Positions 51,917 through 64,000 of a DNA stretch of 64,000 nt are shown here, piece by piece. The DNA is from Octopus sinensis (lineage: Eukaryota): the NCBI RefSeq assembly GCF_006345805.1, contig NC_043001.1, positions 135,849,567-135,913,566 on the forward strand. The letters are read 5' to 3'. Made by a program: the position numbers and the translations under genes. The first letter of the stretch is position 1; every line of letters starts with the position of its first letter. The notes under the pieces are model-generated. The model did no database searches. It saw nothing but the letters and a program-made list of their open reading frames with translations, and was not told the DNA's origin.

Positions 51917-52686
51917 AGGCGGCGAGCTGGCAGAACCATTAGCATGCCAGGCTAAATGCTTAGCAGTATTTCGTCTACCGCTACGTTCTGAGTTCAAATT
52001 CCGCCGAGGTCGACTTTGCCTTTCATCCTTTCGAGGTCGATTAAATAAGTACCAGTTACGCACTGGGGTCGATATAATCGACTTAATCCGTTTGTCTGTC
52101 CTTGTTTGTCCCCTCTGAGTGTAGCCCCTTGTGGGTAGTAAAGAAATAGGTATTTCGTCTGCCGCTACGTTCTGAGTTCAAATTCCACCGAGGTCGACTT
52201 TGCCTTTCATCCTTACAGGGTCGATTAAATAAGTACCAGTTACGCACTGGGGTCGATATAATCGACTTAATCCGTTTGTCTGTCCTTGTTTGTCTCCTCT
52301 GAGTGTAGCCCCTTGTGGGTAGTAAAGAAATAGGTATTTCGTCTGCCATTACGTTCTGAGTTCAAATTCCGCCGAGGTCGACTTTGCCTTTCATCCTTTC
52401 GGGGTCGATTAAATAAGTACCAGTTTCGCACTGGGGTCGATATAATCGACTTAATCCGTTTGTCCTCTCTATGTTTAGCCCCTTGTGGGTAGTAAAGAAA
52501 TAGGTATTTCGTCTGCTGCTACGTTCTGAGTTCAAATTCTGCCGAGATCGACTTTGCCTTTCATCCTTTCGGGGTCGATTAAATAAGTACCAGTTACGCA
52601 CTGGGGTAGATATAATCGACTTAATCCGTTTGTCTGTCCTTGTTTGGCCCTTCTGTATGTAGCCCCTTGTGGGTAGTAAAGAAATA
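51917..52686 (+). mobile_element. Head-to-tail tandem array of SINE family B (4 units), inserted into a family A-like SINE
   Basis: tatttcgtct recurs at 51967, 52151, 52335 and 52505. The flanking direct repeat TAAGAAG marks the insertion site. Confidence 0.9.
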
Positions 52687-52994
52687 AGAAGTTTTCTTCC
52701 CGATCATGTGGCTCCGGTTCAGCCCCACGACATCGCAACTTGGGCAAGTGTTTTCTACTACGTCTCTGAGCCGACCAAAGTCTAATGAGTGGATTTGGCT
52801 GATGGAAACTGAAAGAAGCCCGTCATATATACATACACACATACGCTCATGCATACATATGTGTAAATGTGTATGCATATGTATGTGTGTGCGTGTGCGT
52901 GTGTGTATGTGTGTAATTATTTGGACTTGGGGTATATATGTCTATTAACATGTCGATTATTCCCCGTTTGGGCTACCTGATGTCATCTAAAGTC

Positions 52995-53310
52995 TTCGTC
53001 TTCGTCGCCCTTTTCAAGCCGAACTAGGCTCATGGGCCCGGTTCCCGGGTTTCTGTGGCATAAGTGTTCCCTCCAGCTGGACAGGACGCCAGTCCATCGC
53101 AGCGTTACTCAAGAAACAGGAAGAGAGAGTGAGAGAGAGTTGTGGCGAAAGAGTACAACAGGGATCGCCACCCACCCTCCTGCCGGAGACTCGTGGAGGT
53201 TTTAGGTGTTTTCGCTCAATAAACACACACAATGCCCGGTATGGGAATCGAAACCGCGATCCTCCAACTGCGAGTCCGCTGCTCTAACCACTGGGCCATT
53301 GCGCCTCCAT
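52995..53310 (-). mobile_element. SINE family C variant with V-domain-like segment
   Basis: Same head and body as 32955. The tail contains gctgcgatggactggcgtcctgtccag. Confidence 0.75.
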
Positions 53311-53425
53311 GTCATCTACAGTAACGATATAATTTTCAGTGGATCTTTGTCAGGAAATCCGCAATGTCTGTTGAGTTTATAGTTGATAAAGGAAACGGAA
53401 GATGGATTTAGTACGAATCTTCATT

Positions 53426-53507
53426 CAGCACGACGATCGTTTCAACCCATCCTGCATCTGATCCATTGGATATTGTGCATCTGGTTGAGTTGCATCAGTC
53501 AGTGCAG
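53426..53507 (-). ncRNA. Degenerate hammerhead-like motif
   Basis: Minus strand: gcac-tga-CTGATGC-aactca...tgggtt-GAAA-CGATCG-TC-gtgc. The last core A is mutated and the stem I register is disturbed. Confidence 0.45.
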
Positions 53508-53962
53508 GCTGTATCACTTCAGGTGCTTAGTATAGAAAAATATCCTACAAGATATACTGAGATCTCCTTGGCATGTTGCTCTGGCTGGTTGTACATTGGT
53601 ACACTGACAGAGCGTTACCGGCGAATGCGGCTGGCTATAGTTGACCGTGAATATATAACATAAATTTAGATCATAAATGATAGAGAATAAAATCTGTCGA
53701 AGCAAGTTAAGATTAAGAAGGATAGGTATACACTCTTTGACATGAACAAATATACAGACGTACACGCACGCACAAACGCGTGTCGCCAATTAGATATTGT
53801 TTTATGTGGTTGCAATCTATTAATACGGTTTTATAAAAGGCTGACATTTAGCTGTTATCTCGCGTCCTGCTGGGTATCAGATACCCCAGTCAGTCATAGG
53901 TGATTGATCATCAAGATGTTTATTTGGTGGACAAGCACACAGCACTTATCTTTGTTCTGATA

Positions 53963-54384
53963 TACTCTTTTATTCTCTCTTCTACTTGTTTCAGTCATTT
54001 TGACTGCGGCCATGCTGGAGCACCGCCTTTAATCGAGCAACTCGACCCCGGGACTTATTCTTTTGTAAGCCCAGTACTTATTTTATCGGTCTCTTTTGCC
54101 GAATCGCTAAGTAACGGGGACATAAGCACACCAGCCTCGGTTGTCAAGGAATGCTAGGGGGACAAATATAGACACACAAACACACACACGCACACACACA
54201 TATATATATGCATATATACGACGGGCTTCTTTCAGTTTCCATCTACCAAATCCACTCACAAGGCCTTGGTCGGCCCGAGGCTATAGTAGAAGACAGTTGC
54301 CCAAGGTGCCACGCAGTGGGACTGAACCCGGAACCATGTGGTTGGTAAACAAGATACTTACCACACAGTCACTCCTGCGCCTAT
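53963..54384 (-). mobile_element. SINE family A
   Basis: Full-length copy. Confidence 0.88.
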
Positions 54385-54701
54385 ATGATATGGGTTTTTT
54401 TTTATTCATTAATCTTGATTTCAAATTTTGGAACAAAACCAGCAATTTCAGGATAGAAGCTAAGTAAATTCAATCGATCCCAGTAATTACCTGGTACTTA
54501 TTTTGTCGACTCAGAAGGTAAAAAAAAGCCAAAGTTGACCCTGGGGAAATTTGAACTCAGAACGTAAGGACGGACGAAATGCCGCTAAGCATTGTACCCT
54601 GGGTGCTAACGATTTTGCCTGCTCACCGACTTCTTTAATTCATTAACATTAATAAATCATAATTCATTGAAGGCAATTTTCTCAGTGGGGAAAGAAAAAT
54701 C

Positions 54702-55170
54702 GGTGCTATTTTGGGAGGTGATCTACAAGGGAGATTACTTCAGGTTACATTTTAGTCTGCTTTTCAGTTTCTAAAAACCCTAAGACATTGGCTTGAGACT
54801 TTTATAATGTGATAAGCGACGAGACGAAAGCAATTGCATTTTTACAAGAAACCAGTACTAAATTCACATCATTTCTTAAGAAAAAACAAAGGTGCCACTT
54901 TGACGTGTAATCTACAATTTAAAGGGAGACAACTTTAGGTTACATTTTAGCCTAATTTGTGTTAGTGCTACATTCCGTGTGATCTATGTGAACAAATTTA
55001 CTTTGCTGGGTGATCTACGCGCTTATTTTGATTATCATATGGTTTTCTTATTATTAAAATAGTAAGAATTTTAAAAAATACATTTACAATGCTGTGTACA
55101 AAATAATTTATACTCTTTATAAAGTAACCTGAAGTAATCTCCCTTGTAGATCACATGCTACAGTAGCACC
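54702..55170. mobile_element. MITE with GG..CC ends and 8-bp TSD (Merlin-like)
   Basis: TIRs ggtgcta..gtgatctacaagggagattacttcaggttac / gtaacctgaagtaatctcccttgtagatcac..tagcacc. Flanks gaaaaatc/gaaaaatg. Confidence 0.7.
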
Positions 55171-55502
55171 GAAAAATGTTTTTGCTCCATAAGATATCCG
55201 AGAATACCTGTAATCCTCGGCGTTCTTAGATGTCTGGAAGCTATATATTCAGTAGTATGCAATGACATCTGATTTAGGCTCTAAGGGAACAACTTTAAGT
55301 TTAGTTGACTACATTAACATCTAAGGGTGAAAAGCGAAGTTAACGTCAGCAGGACTTGAACTCAGGTCGTGAACATCCCGAAAATTACGAAAAGATATTA
55401 TGCTTGAGGCTGTAGCAATTCTGCCAACCCATCACTCTGTTGAAGTACTTTATAACTGGTTTCAAATTTTGGCACAAGGCCAGCAGTTTTGGTACTTGTT
55501 TT

Positions 55503-55730
55503 GGATTTTTTCGGTTTGAACGACAGTTTTTAACATAATTTCTAGGTAACTAAAAAATTTTTAAACTTCGTATATTGGTAGAATGTGTTTATAAAACATC
55601 TTTTTCTCTTGGCTTTATTGAGAAAATTCTATAGTTTGTAAGATATTTGTTGTTGTTTTTTCTTCAATTTCTGCAATTTCAACCAATCAGTGACGTCTAT
55701 TGAGGTGAAAAGCATTCTGTGCCGTATGAA
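55503..55730. mobile_element. Truncated second copy of the Merlin-like MITE
   Basis: High similarity to 26706-26930. Ends abruptly at a Helitron-like segment. Confidence 0.75.
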
Positions 55731-56050
55731 GCATTTTTAGAGAGTTATAGCCAAAAAATAGCAAAAAAAATTATGGTAATTTTTTTTTTAATCGTTGATT
55801 CATCGTAGACATTTTTAGAGAGTTACTTCCCTTATATAATAGCAAAAAATGCATTAAAATGGAAAAAATGATGGTAATTTTTTTTTTAAATCGTAGACTC
55901 ATCGTAGACGCGCGCTAATACCCAGAAGGGCTCGATATGAATCACGACTATAAGATACCCGGTTTTGGTTAAACTGCACCGCAAAATGTGGGAGTAGTTA
56001 GGAATCTAAATCGTAGGAGACAGACACACAACTTCTCTTTTATATATAAA
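55731..56050 (-). mobile_element. Helitron-like 5' segment
   Basis: Ends agacagacacacaacttctcttttatatataaag, the same terminal architecture as the other Helitrons here. Confidence 0.5.
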
Positions 56051-56201
56051 GGTATGCATAGGCGAAGGCGTGGCTGTGTGGTAAGAAGTTTGCTTCCTAA
56101 CCACTACACTGATCCTGGGTTCAGTCCCACTGCATGAGGTTTTGGGCAAGTGTCCTCTGCTATAGCCGCAGGTCAACCAAGGCCTTGTGGGTGAATTTTG
56201 T

Positions 56202-56267
<66 letters not shown>

Positions 56268-56848
56268 ATGTCTGTGCTTTACAACCGTTGTTTGTGTGCT
56301 TACGTTCCCTTAACGGTTCAGCAGAAACAATGAACAAAATTAAATAAAAGCCCGATATATCAAGTACGAGGCTTTAAAAAATATATAAGTAGTGGTATCC
56401 ATCCTAAACCCGTCAGGACGAGCCTTAGCATGGTCACAGCCCAACGAGAAACAATAGCTAATAGATGGTAATTTTAATTAGACTGTTCCAGTTCTCTAAT
56501 AGTTTTCACATTTCTTAATTTCATAAAAAAAATGACGCAGGGGAGTTAATTCCAGGGAAGTGACCTTTCCTAAGTTGCCTCCCTTGAATGTATTTTTGTA
56601 TTACTTTTGTATATTTTGTGCTATTTTCTGTTGAAGTTCTGCAGCTCCCAGGTGAATTATCATCAAGCAAATATCTGTAGTGAAGCCATTCCAGCCGTGA
56701 CCACTTCGCTCGCATTTCTATAAGAAGCAATGTATATATTTAACTTCATTATTTTTTTTATACAAGGTAGTTGGAATCGTTTAATCAACCCTAATTGAAC
56801 AAAGGCTATAAGTGTTTCAGCCGTGATCAAATGTGCATTTCGCTTTCC

Positions 56849-57240
56849 GTGGAGGCGCAATGGCACAGTGGTTAGGGCAGCGGACTCGCGGTCGTAGGAT
56901 CGCGGTTTCGAATCCCAGACCGGGCGTTGTGAGTGTTTATTGAGCGAAAACACCTAAAAGCTCCACGAGGCTCCGGCAGGGGATGGTGGTGATCCCTGCT
57001 GTACTCTTTCACCACAACTTTCTCTCACTCTTACTTCCTGTTTCTGTTGTACCTGTATTTCAAAGGGCCGGCCTTGTCACTCTCTGTGTCACGCTGAATA
57101 TCCCCGAGAACTACATTAAGGGTACACGTGTCTGTGGAGTGCTCAGCCACTTACACGTTAATTTCACGAGCAGGCTGTTCCGTTGATTCGGATCAACCGG
57201 AACCCTCATCGTCGTAACCGACGGAGTGCTTCCATCCATC
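56849..57240 (+). mobile_element. SINE family C variant with (CCAT)n tail
   Basis: Same head and body. The tail is shared with older copies at ~440-770, 11065-11370 and 14905-15172. Confidence 0.8.
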
Positions 57241-57911
57241 CATTTCGCTTTCCAAAATACTAGTGTGTAGTTTGAGAGAGATTTAGTTATTATTCTCGCA
57301 AATCGAGCGACAATCTAGAACCTGTTCTGTTGGTTCGACTGCTTTTTAGACCAAATAATTGCCTTCTGCAATTCCGGAGTAATTGGACACACAAATGTCT
57401 ATCTAAATAGAAAATTATCGAAAGGAACAATGGTAGAATCGGTAGAGTATTGATCAAAATGCTTCGTCGTCTTTTTTTTTTAATGTTATAACGTCAAACA
57501 TCGCTGAGGACACCTTTACGTTTCATTTACAATGATGTCGAAAAAAAAAATGGAATTATATTAACAATTGGTTTATTAGAATGTCTGACAAAATGCTTAC
57601 AATGTGTAGTTACAATTCTTTAAGTTTTGAGTTCGAATTCAACTGAGAGCTATTTTGCTTTTCATTCTTCCAGTGTCGATAAAATAAAGTACTAGTCAAA
57701 TTTTAGCACAGTGCCAGCGGTGTTTAGGGGTGGAGTAAGTCGATACATCGGCCCCAGTGTTCAACTTGTATTTTATTTTATCAACCTCGCAAGGACAAAA
57801 GGCAAAGTCGACCTCGGTGGAATTTGAACTCAGAACGTCAAGACGGACGAAATGTCACTAAGCATTTTGTCCGGCGTGTTAACGGTTTTTTCTTCTTTTT
57901 TTTATTTTATT

Positions 57912-58430
57912 TTCTAGTCTAGGCACAGGAGGCATCAACTTGCCTCTCCAGGTGCTGAGTTGCAAGCCGGCTGACTTTTCACGATAAACTTTTGTTCCTG
58001 CCACCGTCTCGTATTCCTCAATGGCCTTGCCTAAGCTCTGTAGGTGATCCATTTCGCTTACGATGATGGTGATGTCGTCCGCGTACGCTGAAACCGACTC
58101 TCTACAACCTGGCTGTCTCGGGATGTCGCTCAATTTTGCAGCAATGGCTCAAGAGCCATTACATACAAAAGCGGGGAGAACGGACACCCTTGACGAACCG
58201 AGCGTTTGATGCTGAACGGCTTAGATAAAAAGCCGCTCACCCGAAGTACCGAGTCGATGTTGTGATAAATTTCAATGATCCACTTGAGGAAGCCAAGATC
58301 CAGGCCGAACTATGCCAGTACGGACACCAGGTAATGATGGTCTACCCTATCAAAAGCCTTTGATTGGTCAAAATGGACCACTGCCCCTCCCTTGACAGAA
58401 TCATTCCTTTTGGTCAGGTACTCTATGTCC
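57912..58430 (-). mobile_element. Tx1/L1-clade LINE reverse transcriptase fragment
   Basis: Minus strand encodes DQSKAFDRVDH, RSVRQGCPFSPLLYV and SAYADDIT. Related to 8824-10600. Confidence 0.8.
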
Positions 58431-59794
58431 TGCCAGATCAGTTGTAGGCATTTTACTATTTCTCCTTTGGTGCTTTGTTGATTTTTCTGTCTTTTATAAC
58501 CAGAGTTTTAAACACGATTATTTTCTTGACAGTTTTCTCTATGATTTCGCTCGGGAAGGTGGCCTTTTACGTCGTATCTCTCCTTCGAAAACATGTTTTG
58601 CTGCTGTATTAGCACACTTCGTTCTATACACAATTTTTCTTTTTTAACTCCAGCCGCAGCTGCAAAATTTATCTTTCTTGACCGTTCAACAAATTTCTCT
58701 ACCGTCGGCATGCTTAACATTGGATTCATTTTATCAGAGTTTTTTCCTCTTCAGAGGAAGTATTCATTTTTAACAAAATTTGTGGAACATTCACGAAAAT
58801 GGATAATTCCTCTCCTCACAGAGGGGAATACACGCAGAACTCTATTAGTAACAACACAACAAAGAAAAATTCAGTAACAACAATTTCAACACTAACCTTC
58901 AAATCAAACAAAGCACTGCAGAATTATTCACAAGTCACAATACCTATTTCTTTACTACCCCCAAGGGGCCAAACACAGAGGGGACAAACAAGGACAGACA
59001 AACGGATTAAGTCGATTATATCGACCCCAGTGCATAACTGGTACTTAATTTACCGACCCCGGAAGGATGAAAGGCAAAGTCGATCTCGGCGGAATTTGAA
59101 CTCAGAACGTAACGGCATACGAAATACCTCTTGGCATTTCGCCCAGCGTGCTAACGATTCTGCCATCTCGCCGCCTTTTGATATTCTTATAAAACGTCCT
59201 AAATGTTAATGGAGTTATAATAGATTATTAAAAATTTGCTCTCCCAGAAAATGGATGCTAATGTTAGAAATTAATAATTGTAGAGACTCTTTAAGAAATA
59301 TCTTCATCATGAAGATTTAGTCTGCTCCTCTCAGCATCTCGGATCTGTGTGATCCTTTGAGCTACTGCTTTATTTCCAGCTCCTATGGTTCTCAACAGAT
59401 GATAGATCCACTTCACTTGAGTGTTAGCTGTCGTAGATAACATCATATACACGAGGAATTGAACGCAACACTGCTTGTAAACAAATCATGTGCCAGTTTG
59501 AGAAATTTTAGTACTGCTATTACTTACAAGCGGTTATCTTTATCATAAATGTTCTTCCAACTTACAGCTTTGCCATACTGTAATAGTTATTCTTTTATAC
59601 TTTCACTTTGTTTCAGTCACTTGACTGCAGCCACGCAGGAGCAACGCCTTAAAGGGTGTTTTAGTCGAAGAAATCGACCCCAGGACTTATTCTTTGTGAG
59701 CCTAGTACTTATTCTATCGGTTTCACTTTGCCGAACCGCTAGGTTACTTAGACGTAAACACACCCACATCGGTTATCAAACAATTGTGGAAGGA

Positions 59795-59836
<42 letters not shown>

Positions 59837-59842
59837 TACATA

Positions 59843-60001
59843 TTTTCTCTCTGCTTATTTCTGTGTTCCTTTCTATTGAAGAGCGTAGGCTCGAGACGTA
59901 AAATTCTTTCTCACTTTCCGAGCGTTAGATTAATACATCTGTTTGTTGTTTACACACATGTCTTCGTCTTTTGTTGTTTTTTTTTTTGTAAATTCCAACT
60001 A
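59843..60001 (+). mobile_element. Second copy of the same short repeat, with a more degenerate hammerhead-like motif (59869-59903)
   Basis: ctttctattgaagagcgtaggctcgagacgtaaaa...tacatctgtttgttgtttacacac matches the reverse complement of 39528-39682. Flanked by (CA)n and (TA)n inside a SINE. Confidence 0.55.
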
Positions 60002-60287
60002 TATATATATATATATATATATATACGACTGGCTTCTTTCAGTTTCCGTCTAGGAAATCCACGGTAAGACATCCAATAATTAACACCTCATAAACTGTTT
60101 CGTTCATGTTGAAAGACTAGATTAAGTCACTTAATCTATTCCTTGAACATAAACGGTCCATTCAAAATACTGCCTGGATTTACCTGGGATTATACTTAAC
60201 GAGTTATACCTTAACGGAAGTACAGGCCAACCTCCATACTCTCTGGAAGAAGATGAGTTGTGAACTTTATTCTCCTGTCTGTATTCT

Positions 60288-60497
<210 letters not shown>

Positions 60498-60587
60498 CAT
60501 CGTTTTACTCTTTATTCTTCTATCTACTATTTTATTCCTTTATAATCTGTGAATTGCCCTGTCTAGAACTTTCATACATACTCACCT

Positions 60588-60665
60588 TGTCTCTGATGAT
60601 GAAATACCTAGTGTATGGAGATGCTAACTTATCACTTGGGATATCCCAGAAACAGCTGTAATACA
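60588..60665 (+). ncRNA. Diverged type I hammerhead ribozyme
   Basis: tgtct-CTGATGA(60593-60599)-imperfect stem II (tgaaatacctagtg/cacttgggatatccca)-GAAA(60649-60652)-CAGCTG-TA-ataca. Confidence 0.62.
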
Positions 60666-61748
60666 TCCAATAACTAATTAATTAACTGACTAATTCACGT
60701 TACTCTAATTAGATATTCTAAATGACTTGAGATAGTCGTCCTGCCTTGGGATTTCTTGTCCTTTCTCCTCTAATATATACCTGCTAACTCGGAAGCCTAC
60801 TTCGGATCCCTAGCTCCAGCCTGACCTGTGAACTTGGAACCTAACGGATGACCAATTAAAGCACTTACACAGCGTACCTATTCGTTTAGATCATCAGTGA
60901 ACTAACCCCTGCCTCATATTATATACATACATACATATATATATTGTTTTCTTTTATTCTTTTATTTGTTTCAGTCATTTGACAGAGGTCATGCTGGAGA
61001 TTAAAATTTCGACACTGGTTCACAAAAACTGACTCAGAGAGCCTCTACTATTATACCCCAGCAATGTGATTCCAACTGTTGATATGTCTAGCGTACCCAA
61101 GGTCCTCTTCTGTAATTTGAAGTAGATGCAATGCGTCGTTTTCATTGTGCTGCTTTTAGTAGGGTTCAGTCTATTGACAGTTTTCAGACCATATTCTAGC
61201 AATAAAAATGCCCACCTCGGCTCTACAGGTTCACGAGGCTGGCGCTTAATCGGATTTCCAGGGTGTTTAAACTGAGAGTACAATATTCCTTTCCCTCTGG
61301 GTCGGGACTCCAATCCGTTGCAGGGTTAACCACCAGCTGCCATTGCCATCGCTTCTCATTTTCAGTTGTGTGTACTAGAGTGCTGTGAATTAAAGAACCT
61401 TGCTCTTAGGCATAACGCATTGCCCGGGCCGAAAATCGAATCCTCGACCTAACGGTTGTCAGCCCAGCGCCCTAACCACTAGCTTGCACAGACCATATCG
61501 TACCGTTTAATGAAAACGCACTGATTGGATGATATACTCTGATAGCAATACCAAGTATCGAAATCGGATCTCTTTTCTAAGCCTTCACCTTCATCACTCC
61601 TTTAGATACAAAAGGGGACGGGGTGTTAATATATAACAAAAAAATGTAATTTATTTTTATGGGAAGGCAATGGAATGTTGAAATGTTCATGCCTTTTCCA
61701 AATCTATGATATGTGGGTTGAAGCATGGCTGTGAGTTTGAGAGAGAAT

Positions 61749-61804
<56 letters not shown>

Positions 61805-61988
61805 TGGTGGTGGTGGTGGGGAGTTTGGGGAGAGGAACAGGGTCAACGGAGGTAGAAATGAGAAGTGGTGAGGAAACAAAGAGGAGAGCTACAGGGGAGG
61901 GGGAGAGCGAATAAAAGAAAGAAAGGTGGTGGGAGAGAGAGAGAGAGGGAGAGAGGGAGAGAGAGAGAGGGAGAGAGAGAGATAGAGG

Positions 61989-62042
<54 letters not shown>

Positions 62043-62369
62043 TTGTGGCGGCGGTTGTGGATTGGTGGATTTGCAATGTAAGCAGCAGTGAGGTGTATGA
62101 TAATTCCTGATAAAGACATTGCACGGCGATGGAAGAGAGGGCGCTCATTAACCGACTTTTTTTTTCTTTTTCATTTCCAGTATAAATCCGAGTGGACTCT
62201 GTATCGAGTACATATTTGAACATCTACACTTAACCAACGCTATGCCATTTACAGATTGAGACGTGTGTGTGCGTGTGTTTGTGTGGGTGAGTGTTTGTGT
62301 GTTAATATATACACACATACATAAGTACACACATATACATATTGATAAATATATACATATATATGAAGC

Positions 62370-62406
<37 letters not shown>

Positions 62407-62550
62407 AAATATGTATATCTTGGTATTTAGGTAATTATGTATATACAGAGATATAGATACATACTTATGTGCATACGTACGTATACATATACACACATAC
62501 ATATAAATACATATATGTACACACACACACACACACACCACACACACCCA

Positions 62551-62590
<40 letters not shown>

Positions 62591-62819
62591 GCATATATAC
62601 AATATGCATATGTTATGCATATGTATATATATATACTATAATATATATATACTTAGAGAGAGAGAGGGAGAGAGAGAGAGACTTAAATATATCGTGGAAT
62701 TTAGGTAATTATGTGAAAAGATAGATTATTTACACTAAACACTAAAACAACAAACACACACAATGTATCTATATACATATACATATGTACATATATGTAT
62801 TTATATATATATTATATAT

Positions 62820-62850
<31 letters not shown>

Positions 62851-62970
62851 TATATACATGCATACATATATGCATATTTATATGAATATATATATGTATA
62901 ATCATGTACATATATACAACATCATAAATACAATAATATGTGTGTGTGTGTGTGCATATATATATATATC

Positions 62971-63004
<34 letters not shown>

Positions 63005-63936
63005 GATAGATAGAAAGAGTCAAATATACATATCTTAGTATTTTGGTATTTATATAAATATATACATATAAATAGATACATACTTACTTGTATACATACA
63101 TGCATACGTGCATACATATGCATATACACATAAGTGCGTGCGCACCCCCATCCCCCGCACATACATCCCAAAAACAACAGAAAGTAAAAAAATAAAAAAA
63201 AAAATGAAAGATAAGAAATGTTGTAAATGCGAAGATTATGCGAAATCATGTAGAGGAACCATAAATCCATTCTCTTGTCATGTCTTAATAAATATGTTAA
63301 TAATGATGATGATGTTGATTGGCGATGGTGGTGGTGGTGGTGGATGTGGTGGTGGGTGACGGTTTGGTGCCGGTGGACGAACGATGGGGTGGGCGAACGG
63401 TGGTGGGATAGGTGCACGTCGAAGTGGAAAAAAATATAAATATGAAAACAAAAACAAAAAAAAAATAACAAAAAAAACTAAAAACAATTCTCTCTGTGAA
63501 ACATTTATTAACTTCCTATATTCGATATTCGATGATCCTTTACCAACTGCTTCCCCCTCCCCCCCCCGCCGATTTATCAAGGAACCGAAATATCAACTTC
63601 TATTTGCACTCTTTCACACCAGAAGTGCCAATAAAAGACGAAAGCGACACGTTTTATGACATGCCGTTTGTACTTTTTTTTGCTTGCATGCAGACGATAT
63701 GTAGCGGCCATCTTATGTTTCTGTTACTGTAATTGCATTGCTATTGTTGTTATCGTTGCTGTTGTTGTTGTTGTTGTTATAGTTGTTGTTGTTTCGGTTT
63801 TATTTCTACCTTCTAAAGATATTCTGAACAGTTCCGATCGAAAACACAGATGTGGATGGAATTATAATAGAAGACACATCTTTTTTTGCTCTTCATGTCG
63901 CTAATTTCTTAACGTCTTCTCCCCCCCCCGCTCCCA

Positions 63937-63968
<32 letters not shown>

Positions 63969-64000
63969 CACACACTCACCACACACACACATACACACAC

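Noticed and set aside
56849-56925. tRNA-like sequences (also 32955, 53310 and family A heads)
   Set aside because: These are SINE heads that continue into repeat bodies, not stand-alone tRNA genes.
58440-58940. ORF fragments beside the Tx1-like RT piece
   Set aside because: Possibly the ORF1 region of the same LINE, but no motif I can identify, so not called.
60830-60900. Minus-strand CTGATGA followed by a hairpin
   Set aside because: No GAAA or cleavage triplet at the required position, so it is not a hammerhead.
62160-62265. Strong plus-strand acceptor (polypyrimidine-CAG) as a possible coding exon
   Set aside because: All three frames hit stops before a plausible donor. At most a UTR or non-coding exon.
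63300-63920. CpG-retaining region with a YY1-like motif (gcggccatctt at ~63704) as a promoter
   Set aside because: No associated exon is visible, and a single motif is insufficient.

Overview
AT-rich, repeat-dominated animal genomic DNA. The SINE, MITE and microsatellite content points to a coleoid cephalopod, most likely Octopus (inference from repeat families). The only host gene I can support is on the minus strand: four phase-1-joined exons (47104-47041, 37727-37551, 32242-32162, 24221-24129) encoding the N-terminal ~138 aa of a J1-crystallin / selenoprotein J (ADP-ribosylglycohydrolase-like) protein. Its downstream exons were not found in the window. The rest is mobile DNA: several SINE families, LINE fragments (Tx1/L1-like, CR1-like, RLE-type R4/CRE-like), a decayed Chapaev3-like transposon, mariner/Tc1, hAT-, Merlin- and piggyBac-like MITEs, non-autonomous Helitrons, and mini/microsatellites. 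The most notable hidden signal is a set of type I hammerhead ribozyme motifs with palindromic minimal stem III (Penelope-like-element type). One is essentially intact (1971-2073, next to a 99-nt hairpin) and several are diverged (31715, 60588, 53426, 39620, 59869, 3387). Almost all ORFs in the supplied track are repeat artefacts. Coordinates of repeats are approximate.
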